Assembly (NCBI GenBank): GCA_019244985.1
Contig: JAFASB010000142.1
Coordinates: 1-42,838 of the forward strand
Length of the DNA stretch: 42,838 bases
Direction of reading: 5' to 3'
Source: Acidimicrobiia bacterium
GTDB lineage: Bacteria; Actinomycetota; Acidimicrobiia; Acidimicrobiales; AC-14
Part shown: positions 17,801 to 27,043 of the stretch, one piece after another
Layout of the letters: every line of letters starts with the position of its first letter
How positions within the stretch are numbered: the stretch's first letter is position 1
Notes under the pieces: model-generated
The model's database searches: none
Told to the model about the DNA's origin: nothing
The model's input: only the letters and a program-made list of their open reading frames with translations
Made by a program: the position numbers and the translations under genes

Positions 17801-18565
17801 TTGATCCGTCGCGCCAGCGCGCGCGCCCGCGCTGTTCCCCAGTTCACCCGGGTGCCACCGGGAACCGACGTCCAGACCGAGGCTTACCGGGTCCTGCGTT
17901 CGAACCTCCTGACCGCTCTCGCCGACGTGCCCAACCCGGCGGTGATGGTCACCAGCGCGCAGCCCGGTGAGGGCAAGACGTCGGCATCGGTGAACCTCGG
18001 CCGGGCGCTGGCGCGCGGCCGCCAGCGCGTCGTGATGCTCGACCTCGACCTGCGCCACCCCGACCTGCACCGCTGGCTCGGCGGCCACAACGAGTTCGGC
18101 GTCACCGACGTGCTGCTCGACCGCCGGCCCCTCGACTCGTGCCTGCAGTACTTCGAGTTCCCAGACGCCGGGTCCCGTCCTGCGTCGGGTCTCTACCTGT
18201 TGAGCACGGGCCCACGCGTGAGCGAACCCACCGAGCTGCTCGGCAGCCGCCGCCTGGCGCTGCTGATCGACAGCCTCGTGAAGCAGGCCGACATCGTGCT
18301 CATCGACACGGCGCCGGTGCTTCCCGTCGCCGACACCCTCGCCGTCGGGCGCATCGTGTCGGGTGCGCTGCTGGTGGTCGAGATGCGCGAGACCCCCGTG
18401 GGTGCCGTGCAGCGGGCCAAGGACGCGCTCACCCGCAACCAGACGCGGCTGCTCGGCATCATCATGAACAAGCAGCAGGCGCGCGACGCCGACATCGGCT
18501 TCTACGGCTACGGGTACGGCTACGGCGAAGCGGAAGCGACCTACGACGACGGCGACGGCGCCTGA
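17801..18565 (+). CDS. BY tyrosine-protein kinase (CapB/CpsD family)
   Basis: EAYRVLRSNL, TSAQPGEGKT, DLDLRHP, LIDTAP, C-terminal Tyr cluster FYGYGYGYG. Confidence 0.93.
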   Translation: MIRRASARARAVPQFTRVPPGTDVQTEAYRVLRSNLLTALADVPNPAVMVTSAQPGEGKTSASVNLGRALARGRQRVVMLDLDLRHPDLHRWLGGHNEFGVTDVLLDRRPLDSCLQYFEFPDAGSRPASGLYLLSTGPRVSEPTELLGSRRLALLIDSLVKQADIVLIDTAPVLPVADTLAVGRIVSGALLVVEMRETPVGAVQRAKDALTRNQTRLLGIIMNKQQARDADIGFYGYGYGYGEAEATYDDGDGA

Positions 18566-19368
18566 GCGGATGCGCCCGCAGCGGGCGCCCGCACACCGTG
18601 CTTCGCCAGATACCGCACCATGCCCCACGCGTGGACGGCGGTCCGCCACGTGAGCCAACGGTGGTCGGTGACCGCCAGGTGATGGTGGATGATCTGGGCG
18701 GCAGGGAGATAGATCACGCGCCATCCGTGCTGATGCATGCGTAGGCACCAGTCGATGTCCTCGACATACAGGTAGAAGCGCTCGTCGAGCGTCCCCACGT
18801 CGTCGAGGGCTTCGCGCCGGGTCATCAAGCAGGCACCGAGCATCCAGTCGACGTCCCGGGTCTCGCCGTGGTCGACGTCGAGCATGAGGTGACGAGCGTT
18901 GAGCGACGACTGGCCCAGCGCTCGCCGGAGCGGGCTGCGCCGGGCGATGGCCGACCCGAGCGTCGGGAACCGCCGGCACGAGGGCTGGACGCTTCCGTCG
19001 GGGAAGCGGAGCTGAGGTCCGACAACGCCGACGTCGGGATGCTCGTCGAGGTAGCGAGCCATGGTGGCGATCGAGCCCGGCGACGCCTCGGTGTCGGGGT
19101 TGAGAAGCAGCACGTACCCCCCAGAGCTGCGCGCCAGCCCGATGTTGCAGTTCGCCGAGAACCCGCGTCGCCGGTCGTTGACGAGCACCGTCGCGTCCGG
19201 GCACGTCTGGCGGGCGACCTCTGCGGACCCGTCCGCCGAGCGGTTATCGACGACGATCACCTCATAGGTGAGGTCACCGACCGCGGCCGGGAGGGAGCTG
19301 AGACACGTGCGCAGGAAGGCGGCGTGCTCATGGGAAACGACGATGATCGAGAGGTCGATGGCAGTCAC
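18541..19368 (-). CDS. Glycosyltransferase family 2 (WbbL/WfgS-like)
   Basis: VVDNRSAD, GFSANCN, LLLNPDT, VDWMLGAC, DERFYLYVEDIDWC; AGGAGG SD upstream. Confidence 0.92.
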   Translation of the reverse strand: MTAIDLSIIVVSHEHAAFLRTCLSSLPAAVGDLTYEVIVVDNRSADGSAEVARQTCPDATVLVNDRRRGFSANCNIGLARSSGGYVLLLNPDTEASPGSIATMARYLDEHPDVGVVGPQLRFPDGSVQPSCRRFPTLGSAIARRSPLRRALGQSSLNARHLMLDVDHGETRDVDWMLGACLMTRREALDDVGTLDERFYLYVEDIDWCLRMHQHGWRVIYLPAAQIIHHHLAVTDHRWLTWRTAVHAWGMVRYLAKHGVRAPAAGASAQAPSPSS

Positions 19369-19397
19369 CCTAGGAGCCTCCTGGTAAGAACGAAGCA

Positions 19398-20516
19398 GTG
19401 CCCCGCGCCCTTACACATCGCACCAGGTTCGTCCACTACCACCCATGGCTGCTGTCGCGAAACGACAGCATCGCCCTGGTCGCGTATCACTGGGCGCGTG
19501 CAGTCACCGCCGCCGGGTACCGCGTCGAGCTCGTCGGCGACAGCGCGTCGGACCCGCCGCCGTCCGCGGACGACGTCATGGTTTCGGGCGTCCGACACGT
19601 CGGCAGGGGCCCGACACTCACCCCGATCGGTCTTGGCCAGCGCCTCGGCGCCGACGACATCCTCGTGCTGCACACCGACTGGCGCTTCGCCAACCTCTTC
19701 GCTGCTCGGGTCGCCCGCCGCCTCGGCGTCCCGTATCTCGTGGTCCCCCACGGCGGCTACGAACCCGGTGTCCTACCTCGTGTTCGCGATCCGCTGCGCT
19801 ACCGGATGCCGGCGGAGCGTCACCTCCTGGACAATGCCCTGGGCGTGCACGTCTTCTTCGAGACCGAGGCCGATCTCGTCCGGCGCTTCGCGCCTCGCGC
19901 CCGCTTCGTCGTCGCCCCGACCGGCTTCGAGATCAACTCCGCACCGGAGTGGAAGGGAGGCGGGGGATACGACGCGTGGCTGGGCCGGTACGACATCGGG
20001 CACAAGGGACTCGATCTCCTCCTTCAGGCGCTGGCGACCCTGCCGCCGGAGGCGCGGCCGCTGGTGGCGATGCACGGCATCGACTGGCCCAACTCGGCGG
20101 CCGAGGTCGCGCAGCAGGCACGGGGCCTCGGCGTCGAAGCGAGCGTCTCCGTCGACCCCCCGATCTTCGGCGAGCAGAAGGACCGCTTCCTGCGTGAGGC
20201 CGACGCCTATCTGCATCCGGCGCGCTGGGAGTCCTACGGACTCGCGATCCTCGAGAACGTGGCCCTCGGCGCGCCGTGCCTCGTCTCGTCGGCGACGCAT
20301 CTCGCGCAGTGGTGGCGCGAGGATCCGCCGTTCGTCGTGTGCGATCCGACCCCGGCGGGCATCGCCGCCGGCCTGCAGCGAGTGCGTGATGCCGCCCCCG
20401 ACAAGCTCGCCGAGCGCGGCCGCGAGCTGATCACCCGCGATCTGGCCTGGCCGGTTGTCACCGAGCGGTTTCTCGACGGCGTCGACCGCCTGCTCGCCGG
20501 CGCGCAGGTGGCCTGA
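19398..20516 (+). CDS. Glycosyltransferase family 4
   Basis: PYLVVPHGG, GRYDIGHKGLDLL, WESYGLAILE. Confidence 0.85.
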   Translation: MPRALTHRTRFVHYHPWLLSRNDSIALVAYHWARAVTAAGYRVELVGDSASDPPPSADDVMVSGVRHVGRGPTLTPIGLGQRLGADDILVLHTDWRFANLFAARVARRLGVPYLVVPHGGYEPGVLPRVRDPLRYRMPAERHLLDNALGVHVFFETEADLVRRFAPRARFVVAPTGFEINSAPEWKGGGGYDAWLGRYDIGHKGLDLLLQALATLPPEARPLVAMHGIDWPNSAAEVAQQARGLGVEASVSVDPPIFGEQKDRFLREADAYLHPARWESYGLAILENVALGAPCLVSSATHLAQWWREDPPFVVCDPTPAGIAAGLQRVRDAAPDKLAERGRELITRDLAWPVVTERFLDGVDRLLAGAQVA

Positions 20517-20517
20517 C

Positions 20518-21711
20518 GTGGCGCCCTCCATCGCCCTGTTCGACTACTTCATCTCCGATCCGCACGCGACCACGGGGCGGGCCAAGCCGACGGCCTACGG
20601 CGCTATCCACTTCCAGCTGCTCGAGGCGCTCTGCGACGACTACGACTTCACCGTCTTTGCCATCGACTTCGACAACCCGCGGCCAGACCGCATCAACTTC
20701 GTCCCCGTCCGCGCTGTCCTGCGGCCGCTGGCGCTGCTCTTCATCACCTACCACCTCGGCGCGCTGTGGGCGTACGCGCGCGAGCGCCTGCGTCGGAGAC
20801 GTCCGTTCGATGTCGTACAGAGCGTCGAATCGAACTTCCTGCTCCCGACGGTGAGCCACGCCCAGTTCTGTCACAAGGCGTTTCTCCGAAAGGGTTGGCC
20901 GGTTGCCCGGCCGTCGGGTGTCAGGCGTCCGCTGCGTCGCATCGACTACCAGCTCCGGCGCGCAGTCGAACCGTTCGTGTACCGCCGGGCCCACCACGTG
21001 GCGACCTCGTCCACTGGGCTCCTCGACGACATCGTCGAGGCCTATCCCTGGGTGGCCGACCGCTGCCGAGTGGTCGGCAATCCAATTGATCTGACCACCT
21101 TCACGCCGGGCGCCGACTTCGACAGACGCGCCGTTCGCACCGAGCTCGGGGTCGCGGACGACGACGTGCTGCTTGCGTTCACCGCTCTGGGGGACTTCGA
21201 GCTGAAGGGCCTCCCGCTCCTGTTCGATGCGCTCACCGCGCTCGGTCGCGCCGACGTCCACCTGGTGTGTCTCGGCGGTCCGCCCCACCTCGTCGAGGAC
21301 TACCAGAAGCGCGCCTCGCGCGCCGGGCTCGACAAGCAGGTGCACGTCCTCGGCATGCAGCCGGACGTCCGGCCGTTCCTCTGGGCCGCCGACGCCTTCG
21401 TCTTCCCGTCTGCGTACGAGAGCTTCTCGGTGGCGACGGCCCACGCCGCGGCAGCCGGCCTCCCCGTGATCCTGACGCCGTTCCACCTGGCCAAGACGAT
21501 CGTGCGGGATGGCGAGAACGGCTACCTGATCGAACGCTCCGCGCCGTCGATCGTCGACGCCCTGGAGCGGTTCCTTGCGAACCCGCCCGCGGCTCGGGTC
21601 CAGATGGGCGAGGCGGCGCGTGCGGCGGTGCAACCCTTCTCACCCGACCGCTTCGTCGCCGGATGGCGGTCGCTCTACGCGCAGGAGCAGACCTCCCCGG
21701 TGTCGAACTGA
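20518..21711 (+). CDS. Glycosyltransferase family 4
   Basis: GNPIDL..F, KGLPLL, ADAFVFPSAYESFS, GLPVI, DGENGYL; GTG 1 nt after upstream stop. Confidence 0.88.
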   Translation: MAPSIALFDYFISDPHATTGRAKPTAYGAIHFQLLEALCDDYDFTVFAIDFDNPRPDRINFVPVRAVLRPLALLFITYHLGALWAYARERLRRRRPFDVVQSVESNFLLPTVSHAQFCHKAFLRKGWPVARPSGVRRPLRRIDYQLRRAVEPFVYRRAHHVATSSTGLLDDIVEAYPWVADRCRVVGNPIDLTTFTPGADFDRRAVRTELGVADDDVLLAFTALGDFELKGLPLLFDALTALGRADVHLVCLGGPPHLVEDYQKRASRAGLDKQVHVLGMQPDVRPFLWAADAFVFPSAYESFSVATAHAAAAGLPVILTPFHLAKTIVRDGENGYLIERSAPSIVDALERFLANPPAARVQMGEAARAAVQPFSPDRFVAGWRSLYAQEQTSPVSN

Positions 21712-21776
21712 AGGGGCACTGGGGATTGACTGAGAGCCGTTTTCGCGCCGCGCCGTAGGGAGGACAGCACAGCGTC

Positions 21777-22532
21777 ATGAGCAGGGTGCGCAGTGTGGTC
21801 AGGGACCTCCTTCACCGGCGGGGCTATGTCGTCGAGCGGACATTCGCTCCCGACTACGAGCCGGAAATCCGCGAGACCGTCGCCGCCGTTCGGCCCTACA
21901 CGATGACGTCGATTCACCGGGTGGCGGCCGTGTGTACGGCTACGAGGCACGTCGTTCGTCATCGCATCCCGGGCGCGATCGTCGAGTGCGGCGTCTGGAA
22001 GGGCGGGAGCTCGATGGCGGCCGCCCTCACCCTGGTCAAGGCCGGCGCCCGTGCCCGCGAGATCTACCTCTACGACACGTTTGAGGGGATCCCGAAGCCG
22101 GACGCCCACGACGACGTCGTCGCACTGAACGGCGAATCGGCGCTCGACATCTGGCACCGGGAGAACGCCCGCTCCCGCGACGGCGCGTGGCTCGAGGCGC
22201 CCATCGAGCAGGTGCGCGCCAATATGGCGACGACGGGGTACGACATGGACCGCGTCCATCTCGTCAAAGGCCTGGTCGAGGACACCGTCGCCAAGACGGC
22301 ACCCGACCAAATCGCGGTCTTGCGCCTCGACACCGACTGGTACGGTTCCACGAAGCTTGAGATGGAGGAGCTGTTCCCGCGGCTCAGCCCAGGCGGCATC
22401 CTGATCATCGACGACTACGGTCACCTCGAGGGCGCCCGCCGCGCTGTCGACGAATACCTTGCGACGTACCCCCAACCCGTCTTCCTCAGCCGCATCGACT
22501 ACAGCGGTCGGCTCGCGGTCAAGCCGGGGTAG
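21777..22532 (+). CDS. TylF/MycF/NovP-family sugar O-methyltransferase (second copy)
   Basis: YTMTS, VECGVWKGGS, YDTFEG, LRLDTDWYGST, IIDDYGH; GGGAGG SD upstream. Confidence 0.93.
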   Translation: MSRVRSVVRDLLHRRGYVVERTFAPDYEPEIRETVAAVRPYTMTSIHRVAAVCTATRHVVRHRIPGAIVECGVWKGGSSMAAALTLVKAGARAREIYLYDTFEGIPKPDAHDDVVALNGESALDIWHRENARSRDGAWLEAPIEQVRANMATTGYDMDRVHLVKGLVEDTVAKTAPDQIAVLRLDTDWYGSTKLEMEELFPRLSPGGILIIDDYGHLEGARRAVDEYLATYPQPVFLSRIDYSGRLAVKPG

Positions 22533-22559
22533 CGATCGGCTCGTCGCGACGCACGTGCC

Positions 22560-23909
22560 GTGACCGGCACGGTCGCCGCTGACACTGCCCGACGACAACG
22601 GCGCCTCGCGCTGGGCCGCGGCGGGTGGAGCACGTTCGACCAGGGGCTGAACAGCCTCACGAACTTCGCGGTCAACGTCATCGCCATCCACACCCTGTCG
22701 GTCCGGAACCTCGGATCGTTCTCGATCGCCTTCACGCTGTACACGCTGGCGTGGGGCGTGTCGCGGGCCTTCGTCTCCGAGCCGCTCATCGTCCGTTGGA
22801 GTGACGTCGCCGAGCCTGAGTGGCGCGCCGCGTCGGCGGACTCACTCGGCGCCGCGATCGCCGTTGGCTTGATCGCCGCGGTCGTCGCCGTCGCCGTCGC
22901 CCCGGTTCTCGACACGACGACCAAGCGATCGATGCTGGCCATCGCCGTGTTCCTTCCCGGGCTCCTCGTGCAGGACGCCGTACGCCTTGCGTTCTTCGCC
23001 AAGGGCCGTCCCCAGTCCGCCGCTCTGAACGACTTCCTGTGGGCGCTGTTCCTGCCGCCGTTGCTGTTGGTGTTCGCCGTCGGCGGTCGGTCGGTAACGA
23101 GCGCCGACCTCCTGCTGGCGTGGGGTGCGGCAGGCACCCTGGCGGGCGTGGCCGGGTTCGCGCAGATCGGCGCCCTGCCGACGCCGCGCAGCCCGATTCG
23201 ATGGTGGCGAAACGAGCGGGACCTCGGCCTCCGGTATGTCGGCGAGTTCGCCAGCCAGAACGGCCTGCTGCGCCTGTCCGACTACGGCGTGGCGGGCGTC
23301 GCCGGACTGTCGGCGCTCGGCCTGTTCCGCATCGCCAACGTGCTCATGGGCCCCGTACGCATCGCGGTCACCGGGCTCGCCCTCCATGCCATCGGCGAGG
23401 GGTCGCGGAACCGGGCGTTCGAGCTCACGGCCGAGCGGCGATCGACGTTGTTGCGCTACGCAGCCCTCATCGCCGCGTGCGGCCTCGTGCTCGTCGGGGT
23501 TGCCTACGCAGTGCCGGTGAGCATCGGCATCAAGTTCGCCGGTGGCGACTGGACAGAGGCCCGTTTCATCTTCGCTATCGCCTCGCTGGCCTGGGTCGGC
23601 TTCGCGGTGGCCACGGTCTCCATGGTCCAGCTGCGGATCATGGCCAACGCCCGGCAGAGCCTCCGCGCGCAGCTCTGGAGCTGCGTGCCGCTCGCCGGCA
23701 CCATCCTCCTCGGCGCGGCAGTCGACGGGGCCCGTGGTGCCGCAGTCGGGCTCGCCATCGGATACACCATCACCGGATGGATCTGGTGGCGACACGTCGT
23801 GACCGCACCCCCGACCGAAAGCGGTCGGCTCGCCGCCCGCGATCCGGACCTCCTACCCCCAGACGCGCTCACGCCTGACGCGCTGAGCGCTGGTGAAGGA
23901 CTTCTATGA
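22560..23909 (+). CDS. Putative Wzx-type polysaccharide flippase
   Basis: About 12 hydrophobic segments, N-terminal DQGLNSLTNF, co-transcribed with a Wzy-like gene. Confidence 0.7.
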   Translation: MTGTVAADTARRQRRLALGRGGWSTFDQGLNSLTNFAVNVIAIHTLSVRNLGSFSIAFTLYTLAWGVSRAFVSEPLIVRWSDVAEPEWRAASADSLGAAIAVGLIAAVVAVAVAPVLDTTTKRSMLAIAVFLPGLLVQDAVRLAFFAKGRPQSAALNDFLWALFLPPLLLVFAVGGRSVTSADLLLAWGAAGTLAGVAGFAQIGALPTPRSPIRWWRNERDLGLRYVGEFASQNGLLRLSDYGVAGVAGLSALGLFRIANVLMGPVRIAVTGLALHAIGEGSRNRAFELTAERRSTLLRYAALIAACGLVLVGVAYAVPVSIGIKFAGGDWTEARFIFAIASLAWVGFAVATVSMVQLRIMANARQSLRAQLWSCVPLAGTILLGAAVDGARGAAVGLAIGYTITGWIWWRHVVTAPPTESGRLAARDPDLLPPDALTPDALSAGEGLL

Positions 23910-24760
23910 ACGAACGCAGTTCCGTACAGCCGTCCTCCCCGTGGAACCCGTGGTTGCGGCTGATCCTCGTGCTCCGCTGGCTGCTCCTCCGACTCCCGTC
24001 GGACACGTGGCGCAACCACCTCGCCTTCCGGCTGCGGCTGCCGTTGTTCGGCGGCACCTTCGTGGTCGGCACGGCTGAGGGGATCCGCTTCCAGGTGTGG
24101 GACCTCTTCGAGCTCGTGCAGCGCTACGTGTTCTGGACGGGCACGTGGGAGCACGAGGAAGCCGAGTTCCTCCAGCGTTCCGTCAAGCCCGGAGACGTCG
24201 TCGTCGACGTCGGCGCCCAACTCGGCTACTTCACGTTGACCGCCGGCCGGGCCGTCGGTGCGTCAGGTCGGGTGATCGCCGTCGAGCCCATGCCGGTCAA
24301 CCGGGAGCGCCTGCGGCGGAACCTGGACCTGAACGGCTTCACCAACGTCGAGGTGGTGTCCGACGCCGCAGGAGCGCGCGTCGGAGTCGAACGGTTCGCC
24401 AGCCGGTCGGACCGCCACCAGACGAGCTGGGGTGGCTTCGCGGCCAGCGGTGACACCGAAGTGCAGACGCGCCCGCTGGACGACATCCTCGCCGGCCTCG
24501 GAGTCGACGGCATCGCCTTCCTCAAGATCGACGTCGAGGGCGGCGAGCCCGAGGTCCTCGCCGGCGCCTCCCGCCTGCTCGAGACCCCGTCGTTCGCCGG
24601 ACCCCTCCTGATCGAGATCAACGAGCTGCGCCTCGGCGAGCGCGGGCACTCCGGCGACGGCGTGATCGCTACCCTCACGGAGCAGGGCTTCCGGGACGTG
24701 ACGACCGACGTGGGGCTTGATCCCGAGCACGGAGACCGCAACCTGGTGTTCGTAAGGTGA
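23906..24760 (+). CDS. FkbM-family methyltransferase
   Basis: VVDVGAQLGYFT, VIAVEP, FLKIDVEGGEPEVLAG. Confidence 0.92.
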   Translation: MNERSSVQPSSPWNPWLRLILVLRWLLLRLPSDTWRNHLAFRLRLPLFGGTFVVGTAEGIRFQVWDLFELVQRYVFWTGTWEHEEAEFLQRSVKPGDVVVDVGAQLGYFTLTAGRAVGASGRVIAVEPMPVNRERLRRNLDLNGFTNVEVVSDAAGARVGVERFASRSDRHQTSWGGFAASGDTEVQTRPLDDILAGLGVDGIAFLKIDVEGGEPEVLAGASRLLETPSFAGPLLIEINELRLGERGHSGDGVIATLTEQGFRDVTTDVGLDPEHGDRNLVFVR

Positions 24761-25533
24761 CCAACGCCGCGCCCGACAGCGACAACGCTGCCGCCCTGCA
24801 GCGCGCCTACTACGACCGCACCGCCGCCGAGTACGACACCGCCCACCTCTACGAGGGGTGCCAGCACGACGTGGCGCTCGGCTACATGACGCCGCTGTTC
24901 GAGGCCCTCGACATCCGGACTGTTCTCGACGTCGGCACGGGCACCGGCCGCACGCTGCGCGCCCTCCAGGCCAATCCGAAGCTCGACGTGATCGGTGTCG
25001 AGCCCGTCCGGGCCCTGCTCGACAAGGCCGTCGACGCGGGGGCGCCGCCCACCGCCCTCGTGCAGGGTTCCGGCTTCCACCTGCCGTTCCCCGACAACAG
25101 CTTCGATGCCGTCGTCGAGGTCGCGGTGCTGCACCACGTCCCCGACCCGTCGCCGATCGTGGCGGAGATGCTGCGGGTCGCCCGCCGGGCCGTGTTCGTC
25201 GACGACGACAATCGCTTCGGCCGGGGCCGCCTGTCGTCTCGGCTCGTCAAGCTGGCGATCTACCGGGCCGGGCTGTGGCCCGCGTTCTGGAAGGCCAAGA
25301 CCCGCGGCAAGGGCTACCAGTACACCGACGACGACGGGATCTCCTACTCCTACAGCGTGTACGACTCGCTGCCGGCGCTGGCCGAATGGGCCGACCGCGT
25401 TGTGTTGGTGCCGACCGGCATTGAAAATGGGACCAGCTGGTTGCATCCTCTATTGAGCAATCCGCACGTGCTGCTCTGCGCGGTGAAGGGGGAACCTCGG
25501 CTGCCGTGGCTTCGACTCGGAACGCTGGCCTGA
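24757..25533 (+). CDS. Class I SAM-dependent methyltransferase
   Basis: VLDVGTGTGR, LPFPDNSFDAV, VLHHVPDP, EMLRVARR. Confidence 0.9.
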   Translation: MTNAAPDSDNAAALQRAYYDRTAAEYDTAHLYEGCQHDVALGYMTPLFEALDIRTVLDVGTGTGRTLRALQANPKLDVIGVEPVRALLDKAVDAGAPPTALVQGSGFHLPFPDNSFDAVVEVAVLHHVPDPSPIVAEMLRVARRAVFVDDDNRFGRGRLSSRLVKLAIYRAGLWPAFWKAKTRGKGYQYTDDDGISYSYSVYDSLPALAEWADRVVLVPTGIENGTSWLHPLLSNPHVLLCAVKGEPRLPWLRLGTLA

Positions 25534-25552
25534 TGTCAGCGGGGGTGATTCG

Positions 25553-27043
25553 GTGAACGGGCGCGCCTTCGTCCTCGTCAGCGCGATCGTGATCGCCGGG
25601 CTGGTGGTGCTCGCCAGCGCGGCTCAGCCCATCGTGCTGGCCGCGCTCGTCCTTCTGTCCGCCGGCGCGACCGGCATCGTGCTGATCATGACCCAGCGGG
25701 CATCGGTGCCCCACGAGGAAAAGCGGGCGGTCGGGCTGCCAAAGGGGCACCGGTGGATCGCCGTGAGCTGGTTCCTCATGCTGCTGGTCTCTGAGCAGCG
25801 GTTCACGACGAACCGCAGCCCGCTGGACGCCAACTCCGGAAGCGTGTCGGCCGAGATTCTCGTCGAGCTGTTGGTGTACGGGCTGACGGCGCTGGCGATC
25901 ATCCGCCACTGGGAGCCGGCGCGGGGAACGGCATCCGCACCCCGCGACGTCCGGCCTCTGTTCGCATGGGTGTTTCTCTCCATCCTCTCGACGTCGTGGT
26001 CGGTGGTGCCGCTGTTCTCGTTCGTGCGCGGGATGGAGCTGATCGTCCCGCCGCTCCTTGCGATCCACAGTGCGCGGGTCATCCGGTCGCAAAGGGACGG
26101 TGGGAAGGCCCTTGTGCGGGCCACGTTCCGGCTCTTCATCTTCGGACTCGCCGTCCTCTGCGCCATCGGATGGGTGACGCCGTGGCCCTACGACGGCAAC
26201 CGCTTCGCGTGGCAGGGCACGCATCCCCTCGTGGTGTCGAACCTGTTGGGGCTTGCGCTCATAGCGCTCGTCATCGCGGGCAAGAGGGTGCTCGGGTTCC
26301 CGTGGTGGGTGCGGCTCCCGCTCATCGCCTACTTCGGCATCACGCTCGTCTACTGCCAGCCGCGCACCGACTACGTCGCCATCGGTTTCGCCGCGCTCAC
26401 AGGGCTGTGGTTCGCCGGCCGTTACCGCCTGGGCTACCGGACGATCGGGCTGCTCTATTACCTCGCCGGCGCGGGCGTGTTCTTCGCCATCGTAAAAGGC
26501 CAGATCTTCAACATCGCCAGTCATGGCGGCGGGTATCAGAACGCGGCAACGTTCAACGGGCGCACGACGCTGTGGCAGCTGGCGCTGCAGGACACCCACA
26601 CCATCAAGGACTGGCTCGTCGGGCAGGGCTACGGATCGCCGCGCGTGAAGATCTACTCGCAGGCGGCCTGGTCGGGGTCCGCCCACAGCTCGCCGATCGA
26701 GCTCCTGCTCGGCATCGGCCTCATCGGATTGCTGCTGTTCCTGTGGGAGCTCGTGTTCGTGGGCCACGGCCTGGCGTCGAAGTCACGAACGACACATCTC
26801 GACAGCCGGGTCCAGGTCCTCGCCATCACCCTGTTCGCCTTCGTCATCGTGCACGGGATCGTGTCCAGCGAGTTGGTCGTGCCGAGCTCGTCGTGCACGA
26901 TGATCAGCTTCCTGGCGTCGTTCGTCGTCGCCCGTCGGGCCACCCGGCCCGAGGACGCGCCCACGTTCGTCGGCAGCCGCGTCAGTGTTGCGCCGCCGAC
27001 CGACGAGGAGCGGGACGCGTTCGCCCTGCCACCCCTCTGGTAG
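25553..27043 (+). CDS. O-antigen ligase/Wzy-type polymerase family membrane protein
   Basis: About 12 TM segments; TFNGRTTLW, GQGYG, AHSSPIELLLGIGLIG. Confidence 0.85.
   Translation: MNGRAFVLVSAIVIAGLVVLASAAQPIVLAALVLLSAGATGIVLIMTQRASVPHEEKRAVGLPKGHRWIAVSWFLMLLVSEQRFTTNRSPLDANSGSVSAEILVELLVYGLTALAIIRHWEPARGTASAPRDVRPLFAWVFLSILSTSWSVVPLFSFVRGMELIVPPLLAIHSARVIRSQRDGGKALVRATFRLFIFGLAVLCAIGWVTPWPYDGNRFAWQGTHPLVVSNLLGLALIALVIAGKRVLGFPWWVRLPLIAYFGITLVYCQPRTDYVAIGFAALTGLWFAGRYRLGYRTIGLLYYLAGAGVFFAIVKGQIFNIASHGGGYQNAATFNGRTTLWQLALQDTHTIKDWLVGQGYGSPRVKIYSQAAWSGSAHSSPIELLLGIGLIGLLLFLWELVFVGHGLASKSRTTHLDSRVQVLAITLFAFVIVHGIVSSELVVPSSSCTMISFLASFVVARRATRPEDAPTFVGSRVSVAPPTDEERDAFALPPLW

Noticed and set aside
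23859-23888. Imperfect 15-bp duplication (PDALT-PDALS) at the flippase C-terminus
   Set aside because: Two degenerate copies in a disordered tail; no evidence of function
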